A stretch of 64,000 nucleotides of DNA. Source: Acidobacteriota bacterium (GTDB taxonomy: Bacteria; Acidobacteriota; UBA6911; RPQK01; JAJDTT01). The notes below the pieces were generated by a model, which had not been told where the DNA came from, searched no databases, and worked only from the letters and a program-made list of their open reading frames with translations. The DNA is taken from NCBI GenBank assembly GCA_965209055.1, contig OZ242374.1, positions 5,792,001-5,856,000 on the forward strand, read 5' to 3'. Shown piece after piece: positions 38,314 through 47,928 of this stretch. The position numbers were made by a program, and so were the translations under genes. How positions within the stretch are numbered: the stretch's first letter is position 1; every line of letters starts with the position of its first letter.

Positions 38314-39480
38314 TCATTCGGTGATCGTATCGGTCCACAATCGATCCAGAAACCGCTCCCACGGCAGGATCCAGATGCCGTCGGCGGTGCGCCGGGGAGC
38401 GGCCGCGTTGCAGACGACGACAGCCCGGCGGGGCCGGTGTTCGTCGATATACGCACGAATCGGGCGGAGGTCTCGGGGACCGGGATTAGCGCCACCCTTG
38501 ACCTCGATCGCAACCGCGCCCTCGCGTCCCAGGACGAAGTCGCATTCCAGTCCCGACTTGGTGCGCCAGAAGCGAATCGGATACTCCTGCTCGCGATAGG
38601 TGCGATAGGCCAGCAATTCCATCAGCACGAAATGCTCCAGGGCGCGTCCGAATCCCGGTCCTGAGGCGGATTCGACTCGGCGCCCGGTGAGGTGGCCGGC
38701 CACGCCGACATCGAAGAGGTAAAATTTCGGGGCTCGCACGATGACGGCGCGAGAACGGCGCCGCCGGAACGGCTCAACGAAAACGCCGAGCAGAGTGTCG
38801 ACGAGGATCTGAAAGTATTCCCGGACGGTCTTGGAGTCGACGCCGCAGTCTCTCGCTATGTTGCTGTAGTTCAGCAACTCTCCGTGGGAGAATGACAGCG
38901 CATCGAAAAACCTTGAGAACGCGGCAGTGTTCCGCGTCAACCCTTCGTCGAACACCTCCTCCTTCAGGTAGTCGTCCACGTATCCGGCGAGCAACCGCCG
39001 CGGATTCGGCGTGTCGTAGTGCTGCGGAATCAAGCCTCGGCGGAGCGCGCGCAGCAGTTCGAACCCGGGAATCTCGGGCCAAGCCAGGGGATGAAGCCCG
39101 AAACGCCAAGCCCGTCCTCCCAACAGGTTCGCCCGCCCGCGCTTCAGCTTCCTGGCACTGGACCCGCAGAGCACGAAGCTGAGACCGTCGTCCTCGATCA
39201 GGCGATGGACCTCGTCGAGCAGGGCCGGCACTTTCTGCACTTCATCGATGATGATAATCCTGGCGCGTGTCGCCTCATCCAGCGCCCTTATCCGTTCCGA
39301 GAGGATCCAAGGCGCCCGAGTGAACTCCAGCATCAGGCGGGTATCGAGCAGGTCGAATCGCGCGGAATGCGGGAATCGCCGACGCAGCAATGTCGACTTT
39401 CCAGTCTTGCGGGGGCCCCACAAGAACGCTGAGTGCCCGCGTGGCAGGTCGATGTTGAGGATTCGAGTGTAATGCGCCAA
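38314..39480 (-). CDS. AAA+ ATPase with DUF4143 domain
   Basis: GPRKTGKS, IIDEVQK, CGSSARKL, PKFYLFDVG, ECDF...AIEVK. Confidence 0.9.
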   Translation of the reverse strand: MAHYTRILNIDLPRGHSAFLWGPRKTGKSTLLRRRFPHSARFDLLDTRLMLEFTRAPWILSERIRALDEATRARIIIIDEVQKVPALLDEVHRLIEDDGLSFVLCGSSARKLKRGRANLLGGRAWRFGLHPLAWPEIPGFELLRALRRGLIPQHYDTPNPRRLLAGYVDDYLKEEVFDEGLTRNTAAFSRFFDALSFSHGELLNYSNIARDCGVDSKTVREYFQILVDTLLGVFVEPFRRRRSRAVIVRAPKFYLFDVGVAGHLTGRRVESASGPGFGRALEHFVLMELLAYRTYREQEYPIRFWRTKSGLECDFVLGREGAVAIEVKGGANPGPRDLRPIRAYIDEHRPRRAVVVCNAAAPRRTADGIWILPWERFLDRLWTDTITE

Positions 39481-39501
39481 ATCGTAAGTAATTCCGAAAA
39501 G

Positions 39502-39539
39502 GTTAAACTAATTCGGAATATACTCCGAAATAGTTTAAC
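39502..39539. promoter_or_regulatory. 38-bp AT-rich palindrome, candidate operator
   Basis: GTTAAACTAATTCGGAATA / TACTCCGAAATAGTTTAAC arms pair at 17 of 19 positions, 21 nt upstream of the ATPase start. Confidence 0.55.
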
Positions 39540-39582
39540 AGTCCAGAGTGCTCCGCTTGGCTTCATTCCGGTTCCGGGCCGG

Positions 39583-39615
39583 TGATGAAGAGGGGACAAG
39601 AATGTCCGGTCCTCC
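39583..39615. repeat. Second-class REP palindrome
   Basis: GGACAAGAATGTCC hairpin ending in CTCC; a 21-nt match (1 mismatch) to 38272-38292. Confidence 0.7.
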
Positions 39616-40614
39616 TCAGTTGTTTCGATCCAGGACGAAGTCGGGCACCTGGAGAAGGGCGTCCCGGTAGATGGAATCGGGAAAGACCGCAAGCGCATCC
39701 CTGGCCTGCTGGGCGTAGGCTCGGGCCCGCAGCTTCAGTTCGTCCAAAGCTCCGTACTTCCAGACCAGACCCAGGATCTCCTGCTTGTTGGCATCGCTGA
39801 AATCGTGCTGAAGGATCACCTGCCGGACGAAGTCCTTTTCCGCCCGGCGGGCACGGCGAAGCATGAAGATGATGGGGAGCGTCATCTTTCCCTCTTCCAA
39901 GTCCTTGAGGACCGGCTTGCCCATGTCCTTCTGGGCGGAGGTGTAGTCGAGCTGGTCGTCCACCAGTTGGAAGGCCATCCCCAGGGACCGGCCGTAGAGG
40001 GCGAGACCCTCCTCCCGAGCCGGATCCATGTTGCCCAGAATCGCTCCCAGGCGGCCGCAACCGGAAAAAAGATACGCCGTCTTGTAGAGACTGATCCGCG
40101 ACTGCTGTGGCTCGGTGATGTCCATGCGCCCCTCCAGCTCAAGCTGCAGGAGCTCTCCCTCCACCATCTTGCGGGTGATGTCGATGAGGATGTCCAGGAT
40201 CCTCATCGACCGCTCCTTCATGGCGATCTGAAAAGAGGTCATGTAGAGCCAGTCGCCCATGAGGACCGTAATCTGATTTCCCCATTTGGCGTTGACCGAG
40301 GGCCGCCCGCGGCGGACGTCGCTGTTGTCGATGATGTCGTCGTGGACCAGCGTGGCGACGTGGATCAATTCCACCACCACACTCAGGCGATGCGCCGCCT
40401 CGGTACGGGCCCCGCACAGCTTGGAAGCCAGCAGCAGGACGGCCGGCCGGAGCCGCTTGCCGCCGCTCGTGTGCAGGTACCGGTTGATGTTGTTGACCAG
40501 GGGAATCGCGCTCTGGATCTCCGTATCGAGCCGGGTCTCCACCTCGGCCAAATCCGATTTCACCAGCAGGAAAATGTCTTTGAGAGTGAGCGGGCGGCTA
40601 GTCTGCACGTCCAT
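39616..40614 (-). CDS. ispB: Polyprenyl diphosphate synthase (IspB-like)
   Basis: GGKRLRP, LVHDDIID...RRG, AFQLVDD, DLEEGKMTLP. Confidence 0.9.
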   Translation of the reverse strand: MDVQTSRPLTLKDIFLLVKSDLAEVETRLDTEIQSAIPLVNNINRYLHTSGGKRLRPAVLLLASKLCGARTEAAHRLSVVVELIHVATLVHDDIIDNSDVRRGRPSVNAKWGNQITVLMGDWLYMTSFQIAMKERSMRILDILIDITRKMVEGELLQLELEGRMDITEPQQSRISLYKTAYLFSGCGRLGAILGNMDPAREEGLALYGRSLGMAFQLVDDQLDYTSAQKDMGKPVLKDLEEGKMTLPIIFMLRRARRAEKDFVRQVILQHDFSDANKQEILGLVWKYGALDELKLRARAYAQQARDALAVFPDSIYRDALLQVPDFVLDRNN

Positions 40615-40669
40615 TCCTGGTCATACGGTCCCGGGAGCGCAAGGCAATCGGGGGAAAACTATACCAACG

Positions 40670-41488
40670 TCAATTTGAGACTGCCAATCTGCCCGGATCC
40701 CGGTGGGGACCGGCGCCGAACAGTCTCTCGAAGTTTGAACCGGTGTTCTCACCCACCTGTTCCAGGGTCAGGTCACGGACCCGCCCCAGTTCCCGCGCGA
40801 CTTCCACCACCCGGGCAGGCTCGTTGGTCTTGCCCCGAAAGGGAACGGGGGCCAGGTACGGGGAGTCGGTTTCGATCAGGATCCGGTCCAAGGGCAAACG
40901 GCTCGCCACCGCTCGCAGCGAATCGGACTTGCGAAAGGTGAGGATGCCTCCCAGTCCGATGAAAAAACCCCGGTCCAGGCAGCGCCGGGCGGTCGGCTCG
41001 TCGGAGGTGAAACAGTGGACCACGCCGTTGAGTCCATCTCCACTTGGGTACTTCTGCTCCAGAATCGAGCAGATCTCATCCTCGGCCTTCCTGGAGTGGA
41101 TCACGATCGGTTTGCCTGCAGCCTGAGCCAATTCGATCTGCGCCAGAAACGCCTCCCTCTGAGCGTCGGCATCAGAGTTCAGATAGTGGTAGTCGAGGCC
41201 GATCTCCCCCAAGGCCAGAGCCTTGGGATGCCGCAACAGATCGGCCAGTTCCGAGGCGATGCCGTCCGAGAAGCAACGGGCGTCGTGGGGATGAACGCCG
41301 AAGGCGGCCCAGAGTCCGTCGTAGCGGTCCAACAGGTTCAGCGTGGTCTCGGCGGAATGACGGTTCCCTTCCAGGCAACAGATGGTCAGAATCCGCTCCA
41401 CTCCCGCCTGCCGTGCCCGGGACAGGACTCCCTCCAGGTCGGCCTGCAGGACGGGGGCATCGAGATGGGCGTGGGAGTCGACAAACAC
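40670..41488 (-). CDS. tatD: TatD-family hydrolase
   Basis: DSHAH, GVHPH, GEIGLDY, IHSR, HCF, ETDSPYL. Confidence 0.93.
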   Translation of the reverse strand: MFVDSHAHLDAPVLQADLEGVLSRARQAGVERILTICCLEGNRHSAETTLNLLDRYDGLWAAFGVHPHDARCFSDGIASELADLLRHPKALALGEIGLDYHYLNSDADAQREAFLAQIELAQAAGKPIVIHSRKAEDEICSILEQKYPSGDGLNGVVHCFTSDEPTARRCLDRGFFIGLGGILTFRKSDSLRAVASRLPLDRILIETDSPYLAPVPFRGKTNEPARVVEVARELGRVRDLTLEQVGENTGSNFERLFGAGPHRDPGRLAVSN

Positions 41489-41507
41489 CGGGATTTCTCG
41501 AGCCCGC

Positions 41508-43436
41508 TCAGGTCAGAACCGAACCCGGGCGCACCTTTTCGGTGAAGGTGGCCAGAACCGGTTTTCCTCCGTCCGAAGCCGCCACGATCATTCCGTTGGA
41601 CTCCACACCCATGAGCTTGGCCGGCTTGAGGTTGGTCACAATGACGACCAGACGCCCCGGCAGCGACTCCGGCGAGTACTGCTCGGCGATTCCCGCCACG
41701 ACTTGGCGGACCTCCGACCCCAAGTCCACCTTGAGCTTGAGAAGGCGGGTCGACTTGGGGATGGGCTCTGCGCTCACGATCCGGGCCACCTGCATCCTGA
41801 CCTTGGCGAATTCCTTGATGTCGATGCGGGAATCCTCCCGGCCACCGGCTTTGCCGGCCGCGGATTTTTTCGATTCGGCGCCGACTGCGCCTCGATTCTT
41901 CACTTTCACGCGAAACTCCTTCTTGTCCAACCGGGGATAGATGTGCCCCAACCGCCCGATTGAGGAGCCGCTCTCCAGACCGGCCCACTCCATGGAGGAA
42001 ATCCCATGATCCTCAAGGGGCCGGCGAATGCCGAGCTGGCTCAGTATGGAAGCCGCCCCCTCGGGAACGATGGGACGCAACATCACCGCGATCACCCGCA
42101 ACGCCTCCGCGGCGTTGTACAGGACACTCCCGAGCTGCGCCCGGCGGCTCGGATCCTTGGCCAGAATCCAGGGTTCGTTGACCACCAGGTACTTGTTCAC
42201 GCGGCCGATCAACTCCCAGACGGCTTCCATGGCCTTGTTGATCTGGAGGTCCCCGAATCGTTCCTGGTAGAGCCGCGCGGCCTCGTCACAAGCCTTCCGG
42301 AGCTCCCGGCCCTTCCCGTCCGATTCTCCGGCGTCCGGAATGACGCCGCCGAAATAACTGCCGACCATCTTCAGCGTGCGTTGGGCCAAATTCCCCAGAT
42401 CGTTGACCAGGTCGCTGTTGACCCGTGTCCGCAGCCCGTCGAAGGAGAAGTTTCCGTCGGAACCCAAGGGAATCTCCCGGAGCAGAAAGTAGCGGAAGTA
42501 GTCGGTGCGGACCAGGTTCGAGAGCTCGTCGGCGGTGACGAAGTTGCCCTTGGACTTGGACATTTTCTCCCCTTCGATGGTCCACCACCCATGGCTCAAG
42601 ATCCGCTTGGGGGGAGCCAGCCCGGCCGCCATCAGAAACGCCGGCCAGTAGACCGCATGGAACCGGAGGATGTCCTTGCCGATGAGATGGACGTCGACCG
42701 GCCACCACTTCTCGAACTTCTCGTCGTCGGTGCCGTAGCCCATGCCCGAGATATATCCGGTGAGGGCGTCGAACCAGACGTAGAAGATGTGCTTCTCGTC
42801 GCCGGGGACCGGGATGCCCCAGCGAAATGAAGTGCGGCTGATGCTGAGATCCTGAAGACCGCCTTCGACGAAGCGGACCACCTCGTTCATCCGGGAGCGA
42901 GGGACCACGAAGTCCGGGTTCTCCCGGTAGAACCGCAGCAGCTTGTCCTGGAACGCCGACAGCCTGAAAAAGTAGCTGTCCTCGGTCATGAACTCGGTGG
43001 ACTGGCCACAGTCGGGACAATTCCGGCCCACCACCACATAGGACTCGCAGCTCACGCAGTAGTTGCCCTGGTACTGACCGAGATAGACGCTTCCGCTCTT
43101 CTTGACCGCCCGGAAGAGCTTGGCGACGGCGCGATAATGCCTCTCCTGAGTGGTCCTTATGAACTCGTCGAAGTCCAGCCCGAGCTGCTCCCAGGTGCTT
43201 CGATATTTGGCGGCGTAGGTGTCCACCAGTTCCTGGGGCTCGATGCCCTGTTGCCGGGCCGACCGCTCGATCTTGAGACCGTGCTCGTCGGTGCCGGTCA
43301 GGAAGGAGACGTCGTCGCCGCACATCCGCCGGTAGCGGACGATGGCGTCGGCGATGACGGTGGTGTAGGTATGCCCCACGTGGGGCACGTCGTTGACATA
43401 GTAGAGAGGAGTCGTCAGGTAGAAGGTCTTGGACAT
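41508..43436 (-). CDS. metG: Methionine--tRNA ligase with C-terminal tRNA-binding domain
   Basis: HVGH, KMSKS, YVWFDAL, GKDILRFH, NLKPAKLMGVES. Confidence 0.97.
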   Translation of the reverse strand: MSKTFYLTTPLYYVNDVPHVGHTYTTVIADAIVRYRRMCGDDVSFLTGTDEHGLKIERSARQQGIEPQELVDTYAAKYRSTWEQLGLDFDEFIRTTQERHYRAVAKLFRAVKKSGSVYLGQYQGNYCVSCESYVVVGRNCPDCGQSTEFMTEDSYFFRLSAFQDKLLRFYRENPDFVVPRSRMNEVVRFVEGGLQDLSISRTSFRWGIPVPGDEKHIFYVWFDALTGYISGMGYGTDDEKFEKWWPVDVHLIGKDILRFHAVYWPAFLMAAGLAPPKRILSHGWWTIEGEKMSKSKGNFVTADELSNLVRTDYFRYFLLREIPLGSDGNFSFDGLRTRVNSDLVNDLGNLAQRTLKMVGSYFGGVIPDAGESDGKGRELRKACDEAARLYQERFGDLQINKAMEAVWELIGRVNKYLVVNEPWILAKDPSRRAQLGSVLYNAAEALRVIAVMLRPIVPEGAASILSQLGIRRPLEDHGISSMEWAGLESGSSIGRLGHIYPRLDKKEFRVKVKNRGAVGAESKKSAAGKAGGREDSRIDIKEFAKVRMQVARIVSAEPIPKSTRLLKLKVDLGSEVRQVVAGIAEQYSPESLPGRLVVIVTNLKPAKLMGVESNGMIVAASDGGKPVLATFTEKVRPGSVLT

Positions 43437-43442
43437 GGCCCG

Positions 43443-44681
43443 CTACTTTGTCCCGGACGCCTTGCGGATCGCCATCTGTCTCAGGTTCTTCAACGGTAGA
43501 CGGGTCTTTTCGGCGATCCTTTTCAGGTCTTCGTACTCGGGCCAGACGGTGACCGGCTCGCCGCGGAAGAGTCCCACCTTGACCCGTACCGTTCCGTGCC
43601 CGGTCTCCACCTCCCGGAACTCGCGCTCCAGGACCCAACGCCGCCACGGCTTCCAACGAATCCCCAGGGTCGTCGTCTCCCGGAAGATGAGACCCATCAT
43701 GCGGTCCCGGTCCCGGGGCCGGCAAAGCACCGAGAGGTGGTGTCCGGGCCTTCCTTTCTTCATCTGCTGGGGTACGCAACGAACGTCCAGAGCTCCTTGA
43801 CCCAGCGCGGCCTCCATGACGTAGCCGATGGCTTCGGGATCCAGGTCGTCGATATCGGCCTCCAGGACCAGGACTTCTTCGTCGCGCACTCCTTCGGCGG
43901 CTCCCGGGGAGGGCCGTCCCTCGGCGGCTTCACGGCCGAGAACCAGCCTCAACATGTTGGGAATTCCGGGCAGTTCCCGGTCTCCGGCCCCGAACCCCCA
44001 TCGATCCAGGGTCCAGGCGGGGGTCGCAGCGCCGGGCGCCGCCAGCGAGGTGACGATGGCCGCTCCGGTGGGCGTGGTCAACTCGGCCTGCACGTCTCCC
44101 ATGACCACGGGAAAGCCGCGAACCAGATGAGCCGTCGCGGGAGCGGGGACGGGCCAGGTTCCATGGGAGAAGGTCACGGTGCCGCTGCCCAGATTCAGGG
44201 GACTCGAGAAAAAACGGTTGGCGCCCAAATAGTGGATTCCGATGCAGGCGCCGACGATATCCACGATGGCGTCCACCGCCCCCACTTCGTGAAAGTGAAC
44301 GTGCTCCACCGACTCCCCATGGACGGCCGCTTCGGCCCTGGCCAGCCGCCGAAACACCGACAGCGCCATCTCCTTGACCGGATCCTCCAGACGGCTCTCT
44401 TCGATCAGGCCGTAGATCTGCCCTGGCGTGCGTCCATGGGAGTGACCATGGGAGTGCCCGCCATTTTCGAGTTCGACACGGAAATCGGTCCCCGAGAGTC
44501 CGTTCCGGTCGATCTTGCGGGCGCTGAGGCGATAGGGCTCCAGACGCAATGACGCGAGCCGCCGCCTGAGGTGTTCCAAGGGGAGCCCCAGATCCAGCAA
44601 CCCTCCCAGGATCATGTCCCCGCTGACGCCGTTGAAGGCGTCGAAGTAGAGGATGCGATCGCGGCCTCCGTCCGTGCCCAT
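43443..44681 (-). CDS. larC: Nickel pincer cofactor biosynthesis protein LarC
   Basis: GVSGDMILG, HSHGHSHG, VHFHEVGAVD, ELTTPTGAA, MKKGRPG, ETTTLGIR, PEYED. Confidence 0.93.
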   Translation of the reverse strand: MGTDGGRDRILYFDAFNGVSGDMILGGLLDLGLPLEHLRRRLASLRLEPYRLSARKIDRNGLSGTDFRVELENGGHSHGHSHGRTPGQIYGLIEESRLEDPVKEMALSVFRRLARAEAAVHGESVEHVHFHEVGAVDAIVDIVGACIGIHYLGANRFFSSPLNLGSGTVTFSHGTWPVPAPATAHLVRGFPVVMGDVQAELTTPTGAAIVTSLAAPGAATPAWTLDRWGFGAGDRELPGIPNMLRLVLGREAAEGRPSPGAAEGVRDEEVLVLEADIDDLDPEAIGYVMEAALGQGALDVRCVPQQMKKGRPGHHLSVLCRPRDRDRMMGLIFRETTTLGIRWKPWRRWVLEREFREVETGHGTVRVKVGLFRGEPVTVWPEYEDLKRIAEKTRLPLKNLRQMAIRKASGTK

Positions 44682-44705
44682 GCTGCACACAATAGCACGC
44701 CGGAA

Positions 44706-45851
44706 GGAGGGGCGATTTCCTATCGCCCGTTCTCATGTCGCCGCTGTGGTGCCCGGGGATCCGGCAGTTGGAAGACCGCCGCGGCTGGAAGGGCGATTTC
44801 CTAATCGCCCGGCTCGGCTCGCGTCTCCCGGCAGCTCAGGAATCGGCGGTTGGGAAACCGCCGCTCCTGGAAGGGCGATTTCCTATTCGCCCGGCTCAGC
44901 TCGCGTCTCCCGGCAGCTCAGGAATCGGCGGTTGGGAAACCGCCGCCCCTGGAAGGGCGATTTCCTAATCGCCCGGCTCAGCTCGCGTCTCCCGGCAGCT
45001 CAGGAATCGGCGGTTGGGAAACCGCCGCCCCTGGAAGGGCGATTTCCTAATCGCCCGGCTCAGCTCGCGTCTCCCGGCAGCTCAGGAATCGGCGGTTGGG
45101 AAACCGCCGCTCCTGGAAGGGCGATTTCCTATTCGCCCGGCTCAGCTCGCGTCTCCCGGCAGCTCAGGAATCGGCGGTTGGGAAACCGCCGCCCCTGGAA
45201 GGGCGATTTCCTATTCGCCCGGCTCAGCTCGCGTCTCCCGGCAGCTCAGGAATCGGCGGTTGGGAAACCGCCGCCCCTGGAAGGGCGATTTCCTATTCGC
45301 CCGGCTCAGCTCGCGTCTCCCGGCAGCTCAGGAATCGGCGGTTGGGAAACCGCCGCTCCTGGATGGGCGATTTCCTATTCGCCCGGCTCAGCTCGCGTCT
45401 TCCGGCAGCTCAGGAATCGGCGGTTGGGAAACCGCCGCTCCTGGATGGGCGATTTCCTATTCGCCCGGCTCGGCTCGCGTCTCCCGGCAGCTCAGGAATC
45501 GGCGGTTGGGAAACCGCCGCTCCTGGATGGGCGATTTCCTATTCGCCCGGCTCGGCTCGCGTCTCCCGGCAGCTCAGGAATCGGCGGTTGGGAAACCGCC
45601 GCTCCTGGATGGGCGATTTCCTATTCGCCCGGCTCGGCTCGCGTCTCCCGGCAGCGCAGGAATCGGCGGTTGGAAAACCGCCGCTCCTGGATGGGCGATT
45701 TCCTATTCGCCCGGCTCGGCTCGCGTCTCCCGGCAGCTCAGGAATCGGCGGTTGGGAAACCGCCGCCCCTGGAAGGGCGATTTCCTATTCGCCCGGCTCG
45801 GCTCGCGTCTCCCGGCAGCTCAGGAATCGGCGGTTGGGAAACCGCCGCTCC
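44706..45851. repeat. Tandem array of an 82-bp REP-doublet unit (13 near-identical copies plus one diverged lead copy)
   Basis: GGGCGATTTCC starts at 44791, 44873, 44955 ... 45775 (period 82), with a diverged copy at 44710. Each unit holds two inverted hairpins and a constant linker. Confidence 0.97.
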
Positions 45852-45895
45852 TGCGCCAAGAATGCCGCCCCTCCTGCGTCTGATATCATTGGCCC

Positions 45896-47926
45896 ATGTT
45901 GCTGCGCCGGGCCCGCCAGAGCGAGGCGTTGTTCCGGGACTTCGTGCGCGAACGATTTTCCTTGGAACTGGGGTCCGCCGCCGCCAAATCCCCTCCCCGG
46001 ATCGAATTCGGGGACCTGGCCTTCGCCTTTCCCTTCGAATTGGCGCGGAGCCTGCGCCGGGCGCCCCGCGACATCGCCTCGGAGACCGCCGCCAACTTCC
46101 CGGTGCCCCCCTGGATGGACCGGGTCGAGGCGGCCGGAGGATACGTCAACGTTTTTCTGAGGCGGGATCGATTCCTGGCCGATCTCCAAGACTCCCTCTC
46201 CCCATCGCCGGAACCGGCGCGCGGCCCGAAGATCATCGTCGAGCACACCAATATCAACCCCAACAAGGCGGCTCACATCGGGCACCTCCGGAACGCGGTC
46301 CTGGGGGACACTTTCGGGCGCCTGTTGCGCTCTCGGGGCCATTCGGTGGAGATCCAGAACTACATCGACGACACCGGCGTTCAGGTCGCCGACGTCGTGG
46401 TCGGATTCCGGCAGTTGCGGAAGTTGAGCCTGGAGCAGGTCCGGGCGATTCCCGAGCCCTTCGACTACTACTGCTGGGACCTGTACGCCCAGGTCTGCGA
46501 CTGGTATGGACAGGAGGACTCGCGCCTGGAACACCGGCGCCGCACCCTTCGAGAGATCGAGGAGGGAGAGGGCGAGACCGGCCGGATGGCCGATCACATT
46601 TCCCTCCGGATCGTGAACGCCCACCTGAGAACCATGTGGCGCATCGGCGTCCGCTACGACGTCCTTCCCCGCGAGAGCCAGATCCTGCGGGAGCGATTCT
46701 GGGACGAGGCCTTCGACCAGCTCAAACAACGCAAGGCCATCACTTTCGTTTCGGACGGACCCAATCGAGGCTGCTGGGTGATGCGGCTTCCAGGCGAGAA
46801 CGGTCAGCCTGCCGAGGAGAAGATCATCGTCCGCAGCGACGGGACCGTCACCTACGTGGGCAAGGACATTGCCTATCAACTCTGGAAGTTCGGCCTGCTG
46901 GAGAAGAACTTTCGCTACCGGGTCGTGCACCGTTATCCGGATCGGGACGAAGTCTGGATGACCAGTTCCGACGGAGCCTCCGACGTCGAGAAGGACTTCG
47001 GACGCGGCCGGAGCGTCTACAACGTCATCGACGTCCGCCAGTCCTACCTGCAGCGGGTGGTGGTCCACGGCCTTCGCAGCCTGGGCCACGATGTCCCCGC
47101 CGATCACTCCACCCACTTTTCCTATGAAATGGTGGCTCTCTCCCTGAAATGCAGCCAGGAACTTGGGATCGAGCTCTCGGAGGCGGATCGCGCCAGACCC
47201 TATGTGGAAGTCTCCGGACGCAAGGGACTGGGAGTCAAGGCCGACGACCTGGTGGACAAGCTGATCGAGAAGTCACTCCTGGAAGTGGCCGACCGGCAGC
47301 CGGACCTGACCCAGGAGGCGCGCCTGCGGATCGCCACCCAGATCGCCATCGGCGCCCTGCGTTATTTCCTCCTCAAATATGCCCGCAACTCGGTCATCGC
47401 ATTCGACTTCGGCGAGGCTCTGAGCTTCGAGGGAGAGACCGGCCCCTATCTGCAATATTCGGTGGTGCGCGCCAACAACATCTTCCGCAAGCTGCGCTCC
47501 CGGCGAGGCGGCGCAGTACAACGGAATCCGGAGGATCGGCAAGAGGAGGGGCGATTTCCAATCGCCCATTCTTCACGCGCTACCGGAGTTCGGCGGTTGG
47601 GAAACCGCCGCTCCAAGGATCTTGGGGAGCACCCGGAACGATTCGCCGATCTGCTCGGGGACGATCAGATCTGGAAGTTGTTGCTTCAGGCCGGAAGGTC
47701 GGAAGGCGCCATCGAGCAGTCTCTCAAGACCCTGGAAATGTCCTACTTGGCCAAGCACGCTTTCTCGCTGGCCCAGATGTTCAACATCTTCTACCATAGC
47801 CATCACATCCTTTCGCAAAAGGACTCGCGCAAGCAGACCTGCTACTTGGCTGTTGCGGACACGGCACGCCGGGCCATGATTCAGTCTCTCGCACTCCTGG
47901 GCATTGAAGTTCCGGAAAGAATGTAG
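45896..47926 (+). CDS. argS: Arginine--tRNA ligase
   Basis: EHTNINPNKAAHIGHLRN, YIDDTGVQ, SGRKG, GETGPYLQY, DALR-type C-terminus ending PERM. Confidence 0.96.
   Translation: MLLRRARQSEALFRDFVRERFSLELGSAAAKSPPRIEFGDLAFAFPFELARSLRRAPRDIASETAANFPVPPWMDRVEAAGGYVNVFLRRDRFLADLQDSLSPSPEPARGPKIIVEHTNINPNKAAHIGHLRNAVLGDTFGRLLRSRGHSVEIQNYIDDTGVQVADVVVGFRQLRKLSLEQVRAIPEPFDYYCWDLYAQVCDWYGQEDSRLEHRRRTLREIEEGEGETGRMADHISLRIVNAHLRTMWRIGVRYDVLPRESQILRERFWDEAFDQLKQRKAITFVSDGPNRGCWVMRLPGENGQPAEEKIIVRSDGTVTYVGKDIAYQLWKFGLLEKNFRYRVVHRYPDRDEVWMTSSDGASDVEKDFGRGRSVYNVIDVRQSYLQRVVVHGLRSLGHDVPADHSTHFSYEMVALSLKCSQELGIELSEADRARPYVEVSGRKGLGVKADDLVDKLIEKSLLEVADRQPDLTQEARLRIATQIAIGALRYFLLKYARNSVIAFDFGEALSFEGETGPYLQYSVVRANNIFRKLRSRRGGAVQRNPEDRQEEGRFPIAHSSRATGVRRLGNRRSKDLGEHPERFADLLGDDQIWKLLLQAGRSEGAIEQSLKTLEMSYLAKHAFSLAQMFNIFYHSHHILSQKDSRKQTCYLAVADTARRAMIQSLALLGIEVPERM
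47545..47614. repeat. REP doublet inside the argS reading frame
   Basis: GGAGGGGCGATTTCCAATCGCCC - linker - CGGCGGTTGGGAAACCGCCGCTCC, the same two hairpins as the array. Confidence 0.92.
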
Positions 47927-47928
47927 GC

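Noticed and set aside
43443-44681. Programmed frameshift in larC
   Set aside because: Both LarC domains are in one continuous frame here.
44706-45851. CRISPR or other guide-RNA array
   Set aside because: The sequence between hairpins is the same in every unit apart from point variants, so there are no unique spacers. No cas or effector gene is adjacent.
44653-47127. Long repeat-protein ORFs across the array (824, 354 and 289 aa)
   Set aside because: They arise because the 82-nt unit mostly lacks plus-strand stops and cycles through frames; the two longer ones run out of frame into argS.
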